Below are positions 10,226 through 19,819 of a DNA stretch of 64,000 bases, piece by piece (within the stretch, counting starts at the first letter, position 1; every line of letters begins with the position of its first letter). The DNA is taken from the NCBI GenBank assembly GCA_049840735.1, contig JASGJN010000026.1, positions 64,001 to 128,000 on the forward strand, read 5' to 3'. The stretch comes from Anaeromyxobacter sp. GTDB lineage: Bacteria > Myxococcota > Myxococcia > Myxococcales > Anaeromyxobacteraceae. A program made the translations under genes and the position numbers. Under the pieces are notes generated by a model, which saw nothing but the letters and a program-made list of their open reading frames with translations, made no database searches and was not told where the DNA came from.

Positions 10226-12820
10226 TCAGCGGCTGAACCACCAGGTCCACTTGGCCATGAACGTGTCGGTGACCGGCCCGGACGCCAGGTTGACCGGGTG
10301 GACCGTGGCCGGCGGCGACGGGGAGGTGGGCTCGTCCTCGTAGCCCAGCTCGGACTGCGAGCGGGTGTAGACCAGGAACAGGGTCGAACCGAGCCGGTAC
10401 TCCCAGCGGAGCACGACGTTCAGGTTGAGCACGCCCTCCCGGAAGTCCGGGTTCTCCCAGCCGGCGTACGCGGGCAGGGGCTGCGACGGCTCGTGCAGGT
10501 CGCCAGGGTCCACCCGGCCGTCCGGCGCGCCGGCCTCGCGGTAGCGGGTGTAGCGCCCGTAGGAGCTGAAGAGCTGCGCGTAGGCCTGCAGCGTCAGCCG
10601 CGGCGTGAGCACCACCTGCTGGCGCAGCGTGGTGGAGACCGAGGGCGCCACCAGGTCGGCGAAGAGGTAACGCCCCTCCCCGTCGTCGAGCACGAAGCGG
10701 GCCGGCCAGGCGGCGCGCTCGCCGCGCAGCTCCAGCCGCGTCTCCAGCCGCGGGTGCGGGCGCAGGATCAGCTTCACCTCCGTGTTGCCGAACCAGTGCG
10801 ACTGCAGGTCGCCGGTGGCGAAGGTCCAGCCGGCGCCGGCCAGGGCCTCGAGGCGCACCGGGCGGCCCGGGTCGCTCGAGAACCAGAGCTCGCCGAAGGC
10901 GTCGCCCGGGCGCCGCTGGGCGACGCCGGTCTGGTCCATCTCGCGGACGTCCCAGCGCTCGAAGTCGAGCACGGTGGTGAAGCCCAGCCAGTGGAACGAG
11001 CGCAGCTCCAGCTCGGCGCCGGCCCAGAGCTGGCCGCCGCGCCGGAGCTGGCGGTCGTCGGTGGTGTACTTGGTCTCGGCGCCGCCGAAGAAGATCCAGC
11101 TCTGGAAGGGCCCGCCGCCGGAGGGGCGGACGTGTCGCAGGACCAGCCGGCCCACCTGCTCGTTCTGGGTCCGCTGGTAGCCGGCCGCGTTGAGCTCCAG
11201 CCTGGGCGACTGGTACTCCCACTGCAGCTCGAAGCGCCAGGGCTCGCCGCCGCCGCGCCCGGCCGCGGCGTAGGCGCCAACGCCCAGGTCCCCCCGCTTC
11301 AGCACCGTGCCGTCCGCCAGCGTCCGCTCCGGCGCGCCGCCCAGCGCCTGCGAGCCGTCGGCCTGCCCGCGGAAGAACCACTGGCCGTCGCGCGTCCGCA
11401 GCCCCCAGTCCACCGCGGCGGCGTTGCCCGCCAGCGCGTCGCAGCGGGCGGGGCGCACGTCGTCGTCCAGGTCGTTCTCCTCCGGCGTGCAGTCCGGGCC
11501 GGCCAGCAGCGTGGAGGTGGCGGTGAAGCCGAAGGTGCGGGTCGGGTCCGGGCGCCAGCGGGCCACGCCGGTGAGGAAGTTGCGGGTGGCCGGCGCCACC
11601 TGGGGCAGCGCCGTCTCCGGCCCGATGCGGAACGGCTGCGAGCCGTGGAAGCGGTACTGGCCCACCGGGGCCGACTCCGCGTCGCCCGAGCCGGCGCCGG
11701 TGACCAGCGCCTCCAGCACGCCGAGCTGCAGCGTGTCGCCGGCGGCGCCGGTCAGCTTGGCGGCCGCCAGGATGGGCGCGTCCAGGCCGATGCGGCGCGA
11801 GTAGAAGAGCTGGTGCGGCGGCTGCCGGTTGGGCGCCGAGAGCGGCCGGAAGATGTCCATGCCCTGCGTGAAGAAGGGGCGCTTCTCCGGGAAGAAGAGC
11901 TCGAAGGAGGAGAGGTTCTGGACGATCTGGTCGGCCTCGACCTGGCCGAAGTCGGGGTTGATGGTCCCCTGCAGCGAGAGGCCGCGGCCGATGGTGGTCT
12001 TGAGGTCCAGCCCCACGTCGCCGTAGGGCTCGGTGAGGCGCGGCTGGGGCTGGAGCGCGTCGTCGTACTGCGGCCGGCGCGTGACCCGGGCGGCGACGTA
12101 GGGCGCCAGCTCCATGGCGTTGACCGCCGCCAGGCCGGAGAGCCCCTCCAGCCGCGCCAGGTGCGCCACCTCCCCGCGCGTCGAGCGGGGCAGGGAGATG
12201 CTGAAGTCCTCCTCGTGGTTGCGGCCGATGTACCGCTTCATGCCGAAGCCGAAGACCGGCGCGGCGCCGTTGGAGAAGCGGAGCGCCGCCAGCGGGATCG
12301 CCACCTCGGCCGACCAGCCGTCGGCGGTGGCGCTGGCCGCGCCCTCCCAGACCGCGTCCCAGTCCGGGTTGTAGTCGTCGTCGTCTCCCACGATGCCGTC
12401 GGACTGGACGCCGGCGGCGGTGATGGCGAAGGAGAAGGCGCTCCGGCCGTCGCGGGTGGAGTCGATGTAGAGCTGCACCTCGTCCGACCAGGCCGGCGCG
12501 GCGTCGCGGCGCCCCAGCGGCCGGTGGATCTCCCCGGGCCGGCTGTCGTGGGCGTGGATGCCCACGTAGAGCGCGCGGTCGTCGAACAGGACTCGCACCT
12601 CGGTCCGCTCGCTGGGCGGGGCGCCCTCGTTCGGGAAGCGCTGGATGAACCCGTCGAAGGGGCGCGCCGCCTCCCAGTCGCGCTCCTCCAGCCGGCCGTC
12701 GATGGTGAGCCGCCCGTCGCGGCGCGCGGCCTGGATGGGCGCGCCCGGCTCGTCCGGGCGCGCGGCGGCCGGCAGGGCGAGCGTCAGGAGCAGGGCGAGG
12801 GCGCGAAGCGCGGTCGTCAC
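10226..12820 (-). CDS. Secreted/outer-membrane protein with CBM9-like sugar-binding domain and DUF5916-like barrel
   Basis: Signal peptide after GTG 12820; IDGRLEERDW, TEVRVLFDDRALYVG, NPDFGQVEAD, FFPEKRPFF, LFYSRRIG; aromatic C-terminus. Confidence 0.8.
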   Translation of the reverse strand: MTTALRALALLLTLALPAAARPDEPGAPIQAARRDGRLTIDGRLEERDWEAARPFDGFIQRFPNEGAPPSERTEVRVLFDDRALYVGIHAHDSRPGEIHRPLGRRDAAPAWSDEVQLYIDSTRDGRSAFSFAITAAGVQSDGIVGDDDDYNPDWDAVWEGAASATADGWSAEVAIPLAALRFSNGAAPVFGFGMKRYIGRNHEEDFSISLPRSTRGEVAHLARLEGLSGLAAVNAMELAPYVAARVTRRPQYDDALQPQPRLTEPYGDVGLDLKTTIGRGLSLQGTINPDFGQVEADQIVQNLSSFELFFPEKRPFFTQGMDIFRPLSAPNRQPPHQLFYSRRIGLDAPILAAAKLTGAAGDTLQLGVLEALVTGAGSGDAESAPVGQYRFHGSQPFRIGPETALPQVAPATRNFLTGVARWRPDPTRTFGFTATSTLLAGPDCTPEENDLDDDVRPARCDALAGNAAAVDWGLRTRDGQWFFRGQADGSQALGGAPERTLADGTVLKRGDLGVGAYAAAGRGGGEPWRFELQWEYQSPRLELNAAGYQRTQNEQVGRLVLRHVRPSGGGPFQSWIFFGGAETKYTTDDRQLRRGGQLWAGAELELRSFHWLGFTTVLDFERWDVREMDQTGVAQRRPGDAFGELWFSSDPGRPVRLEALAGAGWTFATGDLQSHWFGNTEVKLILRPHPRLETRLELRGERAAWPARFVLDDGEGRYLFADLVAPSVSTTLRQQVVLTPRLTLQAYAQLFSSYGRYTRYREAGAPDGRVDPGDLHEPSQPLPAYAGWENPDFREGVLNLNVVLRWEYRLGSTLFLVYTRSQSELGYEDEPTSPSPPATVHPVNLASGPVTDTFMAKWTWWFSR

Positions 12821-12937
12821 GGGAGGTCGAGGCTGGTTGCGGGGAGCGGCGGGGCGCGAGCGGGAGCCCTGTCTGTAGGAGTCCCGCCCGGGCAGAACGT
12901 GACGCGCCACCGGCCCAGCCTTATAACGCGGACCAAC

Positions 12938-14347
12938 ATGCCCTCCTGCCGGCTCCCCGCCCTCCTCGTCGCGCTGGCTGCGCTGGGGCTCACCGCCCCG
13001 TCCCGCACCTACCCCGACGCACCTCCGGCCACCGCAGAGGGGGCGCCCAGCCTCCCCTACGTCCGCTACCAGCTCGCGAATGGCCTGACCGTGATCCTGC
13101 ACCAGGACCGCACGGTGCCCTTGGTCGCGGTTCACGTCCAGTACGATGTCGGCTCGCGCGACGAACCGCCGGGCCGCACCGGCTTCGCCCACCTCTTCGA
13201 GCACCTGATGTTCCAGGGCACGGTCCACCTGCCCAAGGGCGAGTCCGACCGGCTGGTGGAGGCCGCCGGCGGGACCGGCAACGGCTCCACCTCGCAGGAC
13301 ACCACCGTCTACTGGGAGCAGGCCCCCTCGGGCGCGCTGGATCAGCTGCTCTACATCCAGTCCGAGCGGATGGGCTGGCTCTTGCCCGCGCTCACGCAGG
13401 AGAAGCTCGACAACCAGCGCGACGTGGTGCGCAACGAGCGGCGCCAGCGGATCGAGATGGCGCCCTACGGCCTGGCCTACGAGCGGATCCTCCAGAACCT
13501 CTGGGCCCCGGGGTTTCCCTACTCCTGGATGCCCATCGGCTCGCACGAGGACCTGGAGCGGGCCACGCTCGAGGACGTCTCGGCCTTCTTCAGGCAGTGG
13601 TACGGCCCGGAGAACGCGGTGCTGGTGGTGGCCGGCGACCTCGATCTCGAGCAGACCAAGGCCACCATCCAGCGCTGGTTCGGCCCCATCCCCACCGGCG
13701 GGCGGCCGGTCCACGCCCGCCCGGCGCCGGCCCCGCTCGGCGCCGCGAAGCAGGTCACGCTGGACGACCGGGTGCAGCTGCCGCGGCTCTACCTGGCGTG
13801 GCAGTCACCGGCCGTGTACGCCCCCGGCGACGCCACCCTCGACCTCCTGGGCGCCATCCTCACCGACGGCAAGGGCGCGCGCCTGGTGAAGCGGCTGGTG
13901 ATGGACGAGCAGATCGCCCAGGGCGTCTCGGCCGGCCAGGCCAGCCAGGTGCTGGCCTCCACCTTCTCGATCGTGGCCGTGCCCAAGCCCGGCGTCGCCA
14001 CGGAGCGCCTGCTGGCCGAGATCGACCAGGAGCTGGAGCGGATCGCGGCCACCCCGCCCACCGAGGAGGAGCTGCAGCGGGCCAAGAACAAGTACGAGGC
14101 CGGCGCGGTCTACGCGCTGGAGCCGGTCACCGCCCGCGCCGCGGCGCTGGCCGCCTACCAGCTCACCACCGGCGATCCGGGCTACCTGGCCAAGGACCTG
14201 GCCCGCTACAAGAGCGTCACCGCCGAGCAGATCTCCGCCGCGGCCCGGACCTGGCTGCGAGAGGACGCCCGCGTGATCCTGACCGTGATCCCCGCCGCGC
14301 CCACGGCCGCCGCCCCTGCCCCCGCCGCCGCCGGAGGTGACCGGTGA
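12938..14347 (+). CDS. M16 (pitrilysin-family) zinc peptidase, catalytic subunit
   Basis: Inverted zincin motif GFAHLFEHLMF, VVRNERRQ, signal peptide. Confidence 0.92.
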   Translation: MPSCRLPALLVALAALGLTAPSRTYPDAPPATAEGAPSLPYVRYQLANGLTVILHQDRTVPLVAVHVQYDVGSRDEPPGRTGFAHLFEHLMFQGTVHLPKGESDRLVEAAGGTGNGSTSQDTTVYWEQAPSGALDQLLYIQSERMGWLLPALTQEKLDNQRDVVRNERRQRIEMAPYGLAYERILQNLWAPGFPYSWMPIGSHEDLERATLEDVSAFFRQWYGPENAVLVVAGDLDLEQTKATIQRWFGPIPTGGRPVHARPAPAPLGAAKQVTLDDRVQLPRLYLAWQSPAVYAPGDATLDLLGAILTDGKGARLVKRLVMDEQIAQGVSAGQASQVLASTFSIVAVPKPGVATERLLAEIDQELERIAATPPTEEELQRAKNKYEAGAVYALEPVTARAAALAAYQLTTGDPGYLAKDLARYKSVTAEQISAAARTWLREDARVILTVIPAAPTAAAPAPAAAGGDR

Positions 14348-15936
14348 GCCCCGCCCGCCTGGCCCGCCCGCTGCTGCTGCTGGCGCTGCTGGCCGCTTGC
14401 GCCACCTCGGCGCCCAAGCCCGCCGCGCCGCCGCCCACACCCGCCGCTGCGGCGCCTGGCCCCGCCGCGCAGGCCGCGCCCGCGGCCCCGGCTGCCGACG
14501 CCCGCACCACGCCGCCGCTGGGCGCGCCCAAGGACCTGGTGCTCCCGCCGCAGCGCCACTTCACGCTCGCCAACGGCCTGCGGGTACGGCTGGTGGAGGA
14601 GCACCGGCTGCCCATCGTCCAGGTGCAGCTGGTGGTGGACGCCGGTGCGGCCCGCGATCCGCTCGACCGGCCCGGCCTGGCCGGCTTCACCGCCGCCATG
14701 CTGACCGAGGGGACCCGGACCCGCTCGGCCACGCAGCTCTCGGATCAGCTCGGCTACCTGGGCGCGTCGCTGGGCGGCGGCGCCGGGGTGGACGGCGCCT
14801 CGCTGGGCGGCGGCTCGCTCTCGCGCCACCTGCCCAGGCTGCTGGAGCTGTTCGCCGACGCGCTGACTGTGCCGGCCTTCCGCCCCGCCGACGTGACGCG
14901 GGTGCGCGACCAGCGGCTGGTGGCGCTGCTGCAGCAGCGCGATCAGCCGGGCTGGCTGGCCTCCCGCGCCTTCACCGAGGCGTTCTGGGGGAAGCACCCC
15001 TACGGCCACCAGGTCATCGGCACCGAGGCCTCGCTCCAGGCCATCACGCCCGAGGACCTGCGCCGCTTCCACGCCCAGCGCTGGCGCCCGGCCAGCGCCG
15101 AGCTGGTGGTGGTGGGCGACGTCACCGAGGAGGCCCTGCGCCCGCTGCTGGAGCGGACGCTGGGCAGCTGGCCGGCGGGCCAGGCCGCGCCGGCCCCCGC
15201 GGCGCAAGCGCCGGCGGCGCCCCACCGCACGCTGCTCATCGACAAGCCGGAGGCCTCGCAGACCTACCTCCTGCTCGGCATGCCCGGCCTGGATCGCCGC
15301 TCGCCGGACTACGCGGCCGCCGACGTGATGTTCCAGGTGCTGGGCGGCGGCGCCTCCTCGCGCCTGTTCCGCTCGCTCCGCGAGGCCAAGGGGTACACCT
15401 ACGGCCTCTCCGCCGGCGCCGACGCCCGCGCGCTGGGCGGCGCCAGCGTGGTGCGCGGCTCGGTGAAAGCGGACGTGACCGGCGCGGCGCTGACCGACCT
15501 GCTGGCCGAGCTGGCCCGGCTGCGCGAGCAGCCGGTGCCGGCGGAGGAGCTGCGCGACGCGGTGGACGGGATGCTGGGCGCGCTGCCCGCCGACTTCTCC
15601 ACCGTGGGCGGCATCGCCGGGCGCGTCTCGGAGCTGGTCATCTACGGGCTGCCGGACGACCACTGGAACCGCTACGCCGACCAGCTGCGCGCCGTCACCG
15701 CCGCCGACGTGCAGCGGGTGGCGCAGCGCTACCTCGACCCCTCGCGCATGACGTTGGTGCTGGTGGGCACGCCGGGGGTGGTGAAGCCGCAGCTGGCGTC
15801 GGTGCCGCTGGGGCCCCTGCAGCTCCTGCCCGCGCCGGGCGAGAAGGCGGCGGCAGGCAAGCAGCCAGCCGCAAGGCCCCCGGGCAAGAAGGTCAAGCGG
15901 CCCGCGCCGCCGGCTCCCGCGGCTGGCCCGCGGTAG
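14344..15936 (+). CDS. M16 peptidase family partner subunit (non-catalytic), probable lipoprotein
   Basis: Lipobox LLAAC; M16 fold motifs (LANGLRV, SSRLFRSLREAKGYTYG) without HxxEH; translationally coupled to the upstream gene. Confidence 0.88.
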   Translation: MSPARLARPLLLLALLAACATSAPKPAAPPPTPAAAAPGPAAQAAPAAPAADARTTPPLGAPKDLVLPPQRHFTLANGLRVRLVEEHRLPIVQVQLVVDAGAARDPLDRPGLAGFTAAMLTEGTRTRSATQLSDQLGYLGASLGGGAGVDGASLGGGSLSRHLPRLLELFADALTVPAFRPADVTRVRDQRLVALLQQRDQPGWLASRAFTEAFWGKHPYGHQVIGTEASLQAITPEDLRRFHAQRWRPASAELVVVGDVTEEALRPLLERTLGSWPAGQAAPAPAAQAPAAPHRTLLIDKPEASQTYLLLGMPGLDRRSPDYAAADVMFQVLGGGASSRLFRSLREAKGYTYGLSAGADARALGGASVVRGSVKADVTGAALTDLLAELARLREQPVPAEELRDAVDGMLGALPADFSTVGGIAGRVSELVIYGLPDDHWNRYADQLRAVTAADVQRVAQRYLDPSRMTLVLVGTPGVVKPQLASVPLGPLQLLPAPGEKAAAGKQPAARPPGKKVKRPAPPAPAAGPR

Positions 15937-15947
15937 CGTGTCTCGGC

Positions 15948-17647
15948 CAGGCGTGATTGGTAGCGCGAGGCCCCGCCCGAAGTAGTCGGCCGTGAGGGCG
16001 CCGGGTTAGGCCGCCGCAGCCCATGACCGTGGGGCACGCACAAATTCGCAGGCCCATCTCCACTCAGGGTACGAAGAAGAGCGGCGGGCGATCTTGGCCG
16101 ATCGCCCGCCGCTTACGGCTGTCGTCGGGTAGGAGCCCGGCGGATGCCAACGACCCCGAGATCATACGAGAGGCGATCCGTGAGGGAAAGGGCTGTGAGG
16201 AGGGTGGCGGGGCTGCTGCGGGCCCGGCTGCCGGAGCTGGACCTGGACCGGGTCTCGGACCCCCGGGCACGAGAGGGGCGGTGGGCGCTGTCGCAGATCC
16301 TCCGGGCCACGCTGCTGGGGCTGATGGCGGGCTGCCGCAGCCTGTGGGACGCGGAGCGGCTCACCGACAGCCTGGCGCCGGCGATGCGCCGCCGGCTGGG
16401 GCTGCCGCGGCGGCTGGCGGACACGACGGCGCGGGACGCGCTCTGCCGGGTGCCGCTCGAGTCGCTGCGGGCGGTGCTGCATCGGGCCGTCCGGGCGGCC
16501 TGGCGCCGCAAGGCGCTCGCGCCGGTGGGGCTGCCGTTCGGCGTGGTGGCGTTGGACGGCAAGGTGACGATGCTGCCGGTCCTCAACCACCCGCTGGTGC
16601 AGAACCACATCGAGGGGCAGGCGGTCCCGTTCGGCCTGGTGCGGACGGTGACGTGCGCGCTGGTCTCGGCGGCGGGGCGGCCCTGCATCGACGCCATCCC
16701 GATCCCGGCCGCGTCGAACGAGGTGGGCTTCTTCCAGCAGGCGTTCGAGCGCCTGACCGCTGCCCACGGCGGGATCTTCCGCGTGGTGACCTACGACGCC
16801 GGCGCGCTCTCCGAGGCCAACGCCAGCGCCGTGGTGGCCGCGGGCAAGGATTACCTGTTCACGCTCAAGGGCGAGCAGCGGACCATGTTCAAGCTGGCGA
16901 GCGAGCTGCTGAGCTCGCAGGAGATGGCGGCCCAGACGTTGGACGTGCTCGACAACGCTACCACCGTCACCCGCAGCCTGACGCTGCTGGGCGTCGATCC
17001 GAGCTGGAGCTATAGCGCGAGCAAGACGCCCGAGGAGTCGGTCTGGAGCCACGCCGGGACTTTCCTGAGGGTGGAATACGTGAAGCGGCGCAGCGGCGAG
17101 GTCATCGAGCAGGACGCGCGGGTGTTCGTGAGCAGCATGCAACCGGGCAGGCTGACGCCTGCTCAGTGGCTGCTCCTCGTCCGCAGCCACTGGGGTGTCG
17201 AGAACCAGAACCACCACACGCTCGACACCGCCTTCGCCGAGGACGAGCGGCCGTGGATCGAGGCCGACCCGCAGGGCATGCTGGCGGTGCTGCTGCTCAG
17301 GCGGATCGCCTACACGTTACTGGCGCTCTACCGCGCGGTCACGCTGCGGTCGGACGAGGGCCGGGCGCCCCGCTGGCGAGACCTCCTGGCCTCGGTGCGG
17401 GATGTCCTCGTCGCCGCCACCGAGGAGCAACTCGCGGGCCTCCGCCCGCACCAGGTCGCCGCCGCGACACGCTGAAACGCCGGGCTCCTACCCGCGGCGG
17501 CGACATCGAAGGGACCTGAGGTGAGCGGCCGCCGCGACCGGCGCCGGCCTGCCGTGGCCGCCGTACGCCTCGACGTCCAGCCCCGCAACCTCCCGCGACC
17601 CGGGCGGGAACCCCAAAGCACGCGTACCGCCTGACCGATCTGTCGTG
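15948..17647 (+). mobile_element. ISAs1-family insertion sequence, 1700 bp, with a 10-bp target-site duplication
   Basis: Direct repeat GTGTCTCGGC at 15938-15947 and 17648-17657; ends CA...TG with an imperfect inverted repeat (CAGGCGTGATTGGT vs CACGACAGATCGGT); encloses a DDE transposase. Confidence 0.8.
16144..17475 (+). CDS. ISAs1-family DDE transposase
   Basis: VALDGK, VTYDAG, DYLFTLKGEQ and RSHWGVENQNHHTLDTAFAEDE motifs; AGGAG 8 nt upstream of the ATG. Confidence 0.9.
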   Translation: MPTTPRSYERRSVRERAVRRVAGLLRARLPELDLDRVSDPRAREGRWALSQILRATLLGLMAGCRSLWDAERLTDSLAPAMRRRLGLPRRLADTTARDALCRVPLESLRAVLHRAVRAAWRRKALAPVGLPFGVVALDGKVTMLPVLNHPLVQNHIEGQAVPFGLVRTVTCALVSAAGRPCIDAIPIPAASNEVGFFQQAFERLTAAHGGIFRVVTYDAGALSEANASAVVAAGKDYLFTLKGEQRTMFKLASELLSSQEMAAQTLDVLDNATTVTRSLTLLGVDPSWSYSASKTPEESVWSHAGTFLRVEYVKRRSGEVIEQDARVFVSSMQPGRLTPAQWLLLVRSHWGVENQNHHTLDTAFAEDERPWIEADPQGMLAVLLLRRIAYTLLALYRAVTLRSDEGRAPRWRDLLASVRDVLVAATEEQLAGLRPHQVAAATR

Positions 17648-17736
17648 GTGTCTCGGCCCCCGGGCGGGACGGCCGTCCGACCGCCGAGGTAGAGTGCGTG
17701 GCGTGCTGGCCGCCTCCGCGGCCGGCCGCCCACGCC

Positions 17737-18664
17737 ATGCGCCAGCCCCTCCAGAACGAGTTCTCCTGGTCGAAGTCGCGCCACGAGAAGTTCGCCGAGT
17801 GCCGGCGAGCCTACTACTACGCGTACTACGGCAGCTGGGGCGGCTGGGAGGCCGAGCACGGCACCGCGGTCCGCGAGCTGTACGTGCTGAAGAAGCTCTC
17901 CTCGCGCTGGCAGTGGGCCGGCTCGGTGGTCCACGCCTCGCTGAAGCGCATGCTGGAGGCGGCGCGCGCCACCGGCCACTTCTGGCCGCTGGAGAAGCTG
18001 CTCGACCGGACCCACCAGCGCGCCCGGGCCGAGTGGTCGGGCTCGCGCGAGAAGAGCTACTGGCGGGAGGCCTCGAAGATCGTGGGGCTGGTGGAGCACG
18101 AGTACGGCGACCCGGTGGCGGGCGAGGACTGGAAGCGGCTGTACGACGAGGTGATCGACGGCGGGCTGCGCGCCTTCCACGCCAGCCCCATCTTCGAGGA
18201 GATCAAGGCCACGCCGCGCGAGCAGTGGCTGAGCGTGGACGAGCTCGACTCCTGGGTCTTCGAGGGCACCAAGATCTCGGGTGGCCATCGACTTCGCCTA
18301 CCGCGACCCCGAGGGCCGGGTGCAGGTGCTGGACTGGAAGACCGGCAAGGAGCGGGGCGTGGACCACACGCAAGTGGGCATCTACTCGCTCTACGCCCAG
18401 CAGAAGTGGTCGGTGCCGCCGGAGGCGGTCACCGGCGGCCTCATCTACCTGGTGGGCGGCGGCGGCGCCGAGCGCGTCTCGGTCTCCGCCGATCCGGCCT
18501 CGCTGGAGGGCTGCCGCACCGCCATGCGCGACTCCATCGCCGCCATGCGCGCCGCGCTGGTGGACCCGGCCCGCAACGCCGCGGTCGAGGACGCCTTTCC
18601 GCGCCACGAGCAGCGCGAGGCCTGCCGGCGCTGCCCGTTCCGCCGGCCGTGCGGGCGGCTCTGA
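17737..18664 (+). CDS. PD-(D/E)XK nuclease, RecB/AddB/Cas4-like (apparent +1 frameshift near 18278)
   Basis: N-terminal FSWS..ECRRAYYY, AIDF, VLDWKTG, QVGIYSLY and C-terminal CRRCPFRRPC; removing C18278 gives KIWVAIDF. Confidence 0.82.
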
Positions 18665-18706
18665 GCGGGGTCCTGGCGCCGACCTTCGGCCGGGGACTCC
18701 GCGGCT

Positions 18707-18859
18707 CCGTTCGTCCTGAGCGTAGCGCCCGCGTAGCGGGCGCGAAGTCGAAGGACAGGGGTCTTCGCTGGTCCGGTCGCGGCTCCCGTCCATGGTTCGA
18801 CTCCGGGCCGGCCACGCCGCGCTCCTGCCGCCAGCCCGGCCCTACGCTCACCATGAACG
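18707..18859. repeat. Two REP copies: forward GTCCT/AGGAC subtype (18707-18756) and reverse ATGGT/ACCAT variant (18792-18859)
   Basis: Both match the consensus with compensatory outer-stem changes. Confidence 0.85.
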
Positions 18860-18907
18860 TAGGGTGAAGCCCCGCCGGGACACAGCCCGCGCACCCAACG
18901 GCTGAGA

Positions 18908-19285
18908 GGATCCGGTCGGCGTTCGGGACCCGTTCCGGCGTTCAGGATCCGTTCGGCGTTCGGGACCCGTTCGGCGTTCGGGACCCGTTCGGCGTTCGGG
19001 ATCCGTTCGGCGTTCGGGATCCGTTCGGCGTTCGGGATCCGTTCGGCGTTCAGGATCCGTTCGGCGTTCGGGATCCGTTCGGCGTTCAGGATCCGTTCGG
19101 CGTTCGGGATCCGTTCGGCGTTCAGGATCCGTTCGGCGTTCAGGATCGGTTCGGCGTTCAGAATCCGTTCGGCGTTCAGGATCGGTTCGGCGTTCAGGAT
19201 CCGTTCGGCGTTCAGGATCCGTTCGGCGTTCAGGGTCCGTTCGGCCTGAGCGTAGCGCCGCGTCAGCGGCGCGGAGTCGAAGGCC
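18908..19285 (+). repeat. 18 copies of an 18-bp tandem unit GGATCCGTTCGGCGTTC(A/G), ending in a complete REP (19237-19285)
   Basis: Units counted directly from 18908 to 19232 (one is 19 bp); no spacers. Confidence 0.95.
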
Positions 19286-19810
19286 AGGTCTCCACGCTCG
19301 GGCCGCGGGCTGCCCGCACCATCCGCGCCGCCGGCAGCACCGCGCCTCCCGGCAGCGGTACGTCCAGCCGCTCACGCACGGTGAACCCAAGCGCCCGGTA
19401 GAACCCGATCGCCGGCCGGGCCGCGTCCACCCGCAGCGCGCGCCGCCCCTCCGCCCGGGCCGCCTCGGCCAGCGCTGCCACCAGCGCGGCGCCGACCCCG
19501 CGCCCCTGCGCGGCCGGGCGGACGAAGACCGCGGTCACCTCGCCGCCGCGCCGCGCGGCGTAGCCCACCACGCGGCCGGCGCGCTCGGCCACGAGGTAGG
19601 CCTCGCCCCCCGGCCCATGGCCCAGCGGTGGTAGAGCGCCGGCAGGCTGGACCAGGCGGCGCGCGCCGCGGCGGAGAGCGCGCGCGGCGGCAGCGCCCGC
19701 ACCGCGGCCCGCATCACGGCGGCGCAGGCGGCGGCGTCGGCGGGGCGGGCGGGCCGGAAACGGCCGCGGCCGCGCGCCCCGGTGCGGGACGGCGGCCGCG
19801 GGGAAGGCAT
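19263..19810 (-). CDS. GNAT-family acetyltransferase (apparent frameshift near 19612)
   Basis: FRPARPADAAA, VFVRPAAQGRGVGAALV and AIGFYRALGF motifs split over two frames at a G/C run. Confidence 0.78.
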
Positions 19811-19819
19811 CCGGCGACT

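Noticed and set aside
16126..17494. 17-bp inverted repeats as the termini of the ISAs1 element
   Set aside because: No direct repeat flanks them, whereas a 10-bp duplication flanks 15948-17647.
18848..19390. ORF encoding PERRTD repeats, or a CRISPR beside the Cas4-like gene
   Set aside because: It is the translation of an 18-bp DNA tandem repeat with no spacers and overlaps the GNAT gene end.
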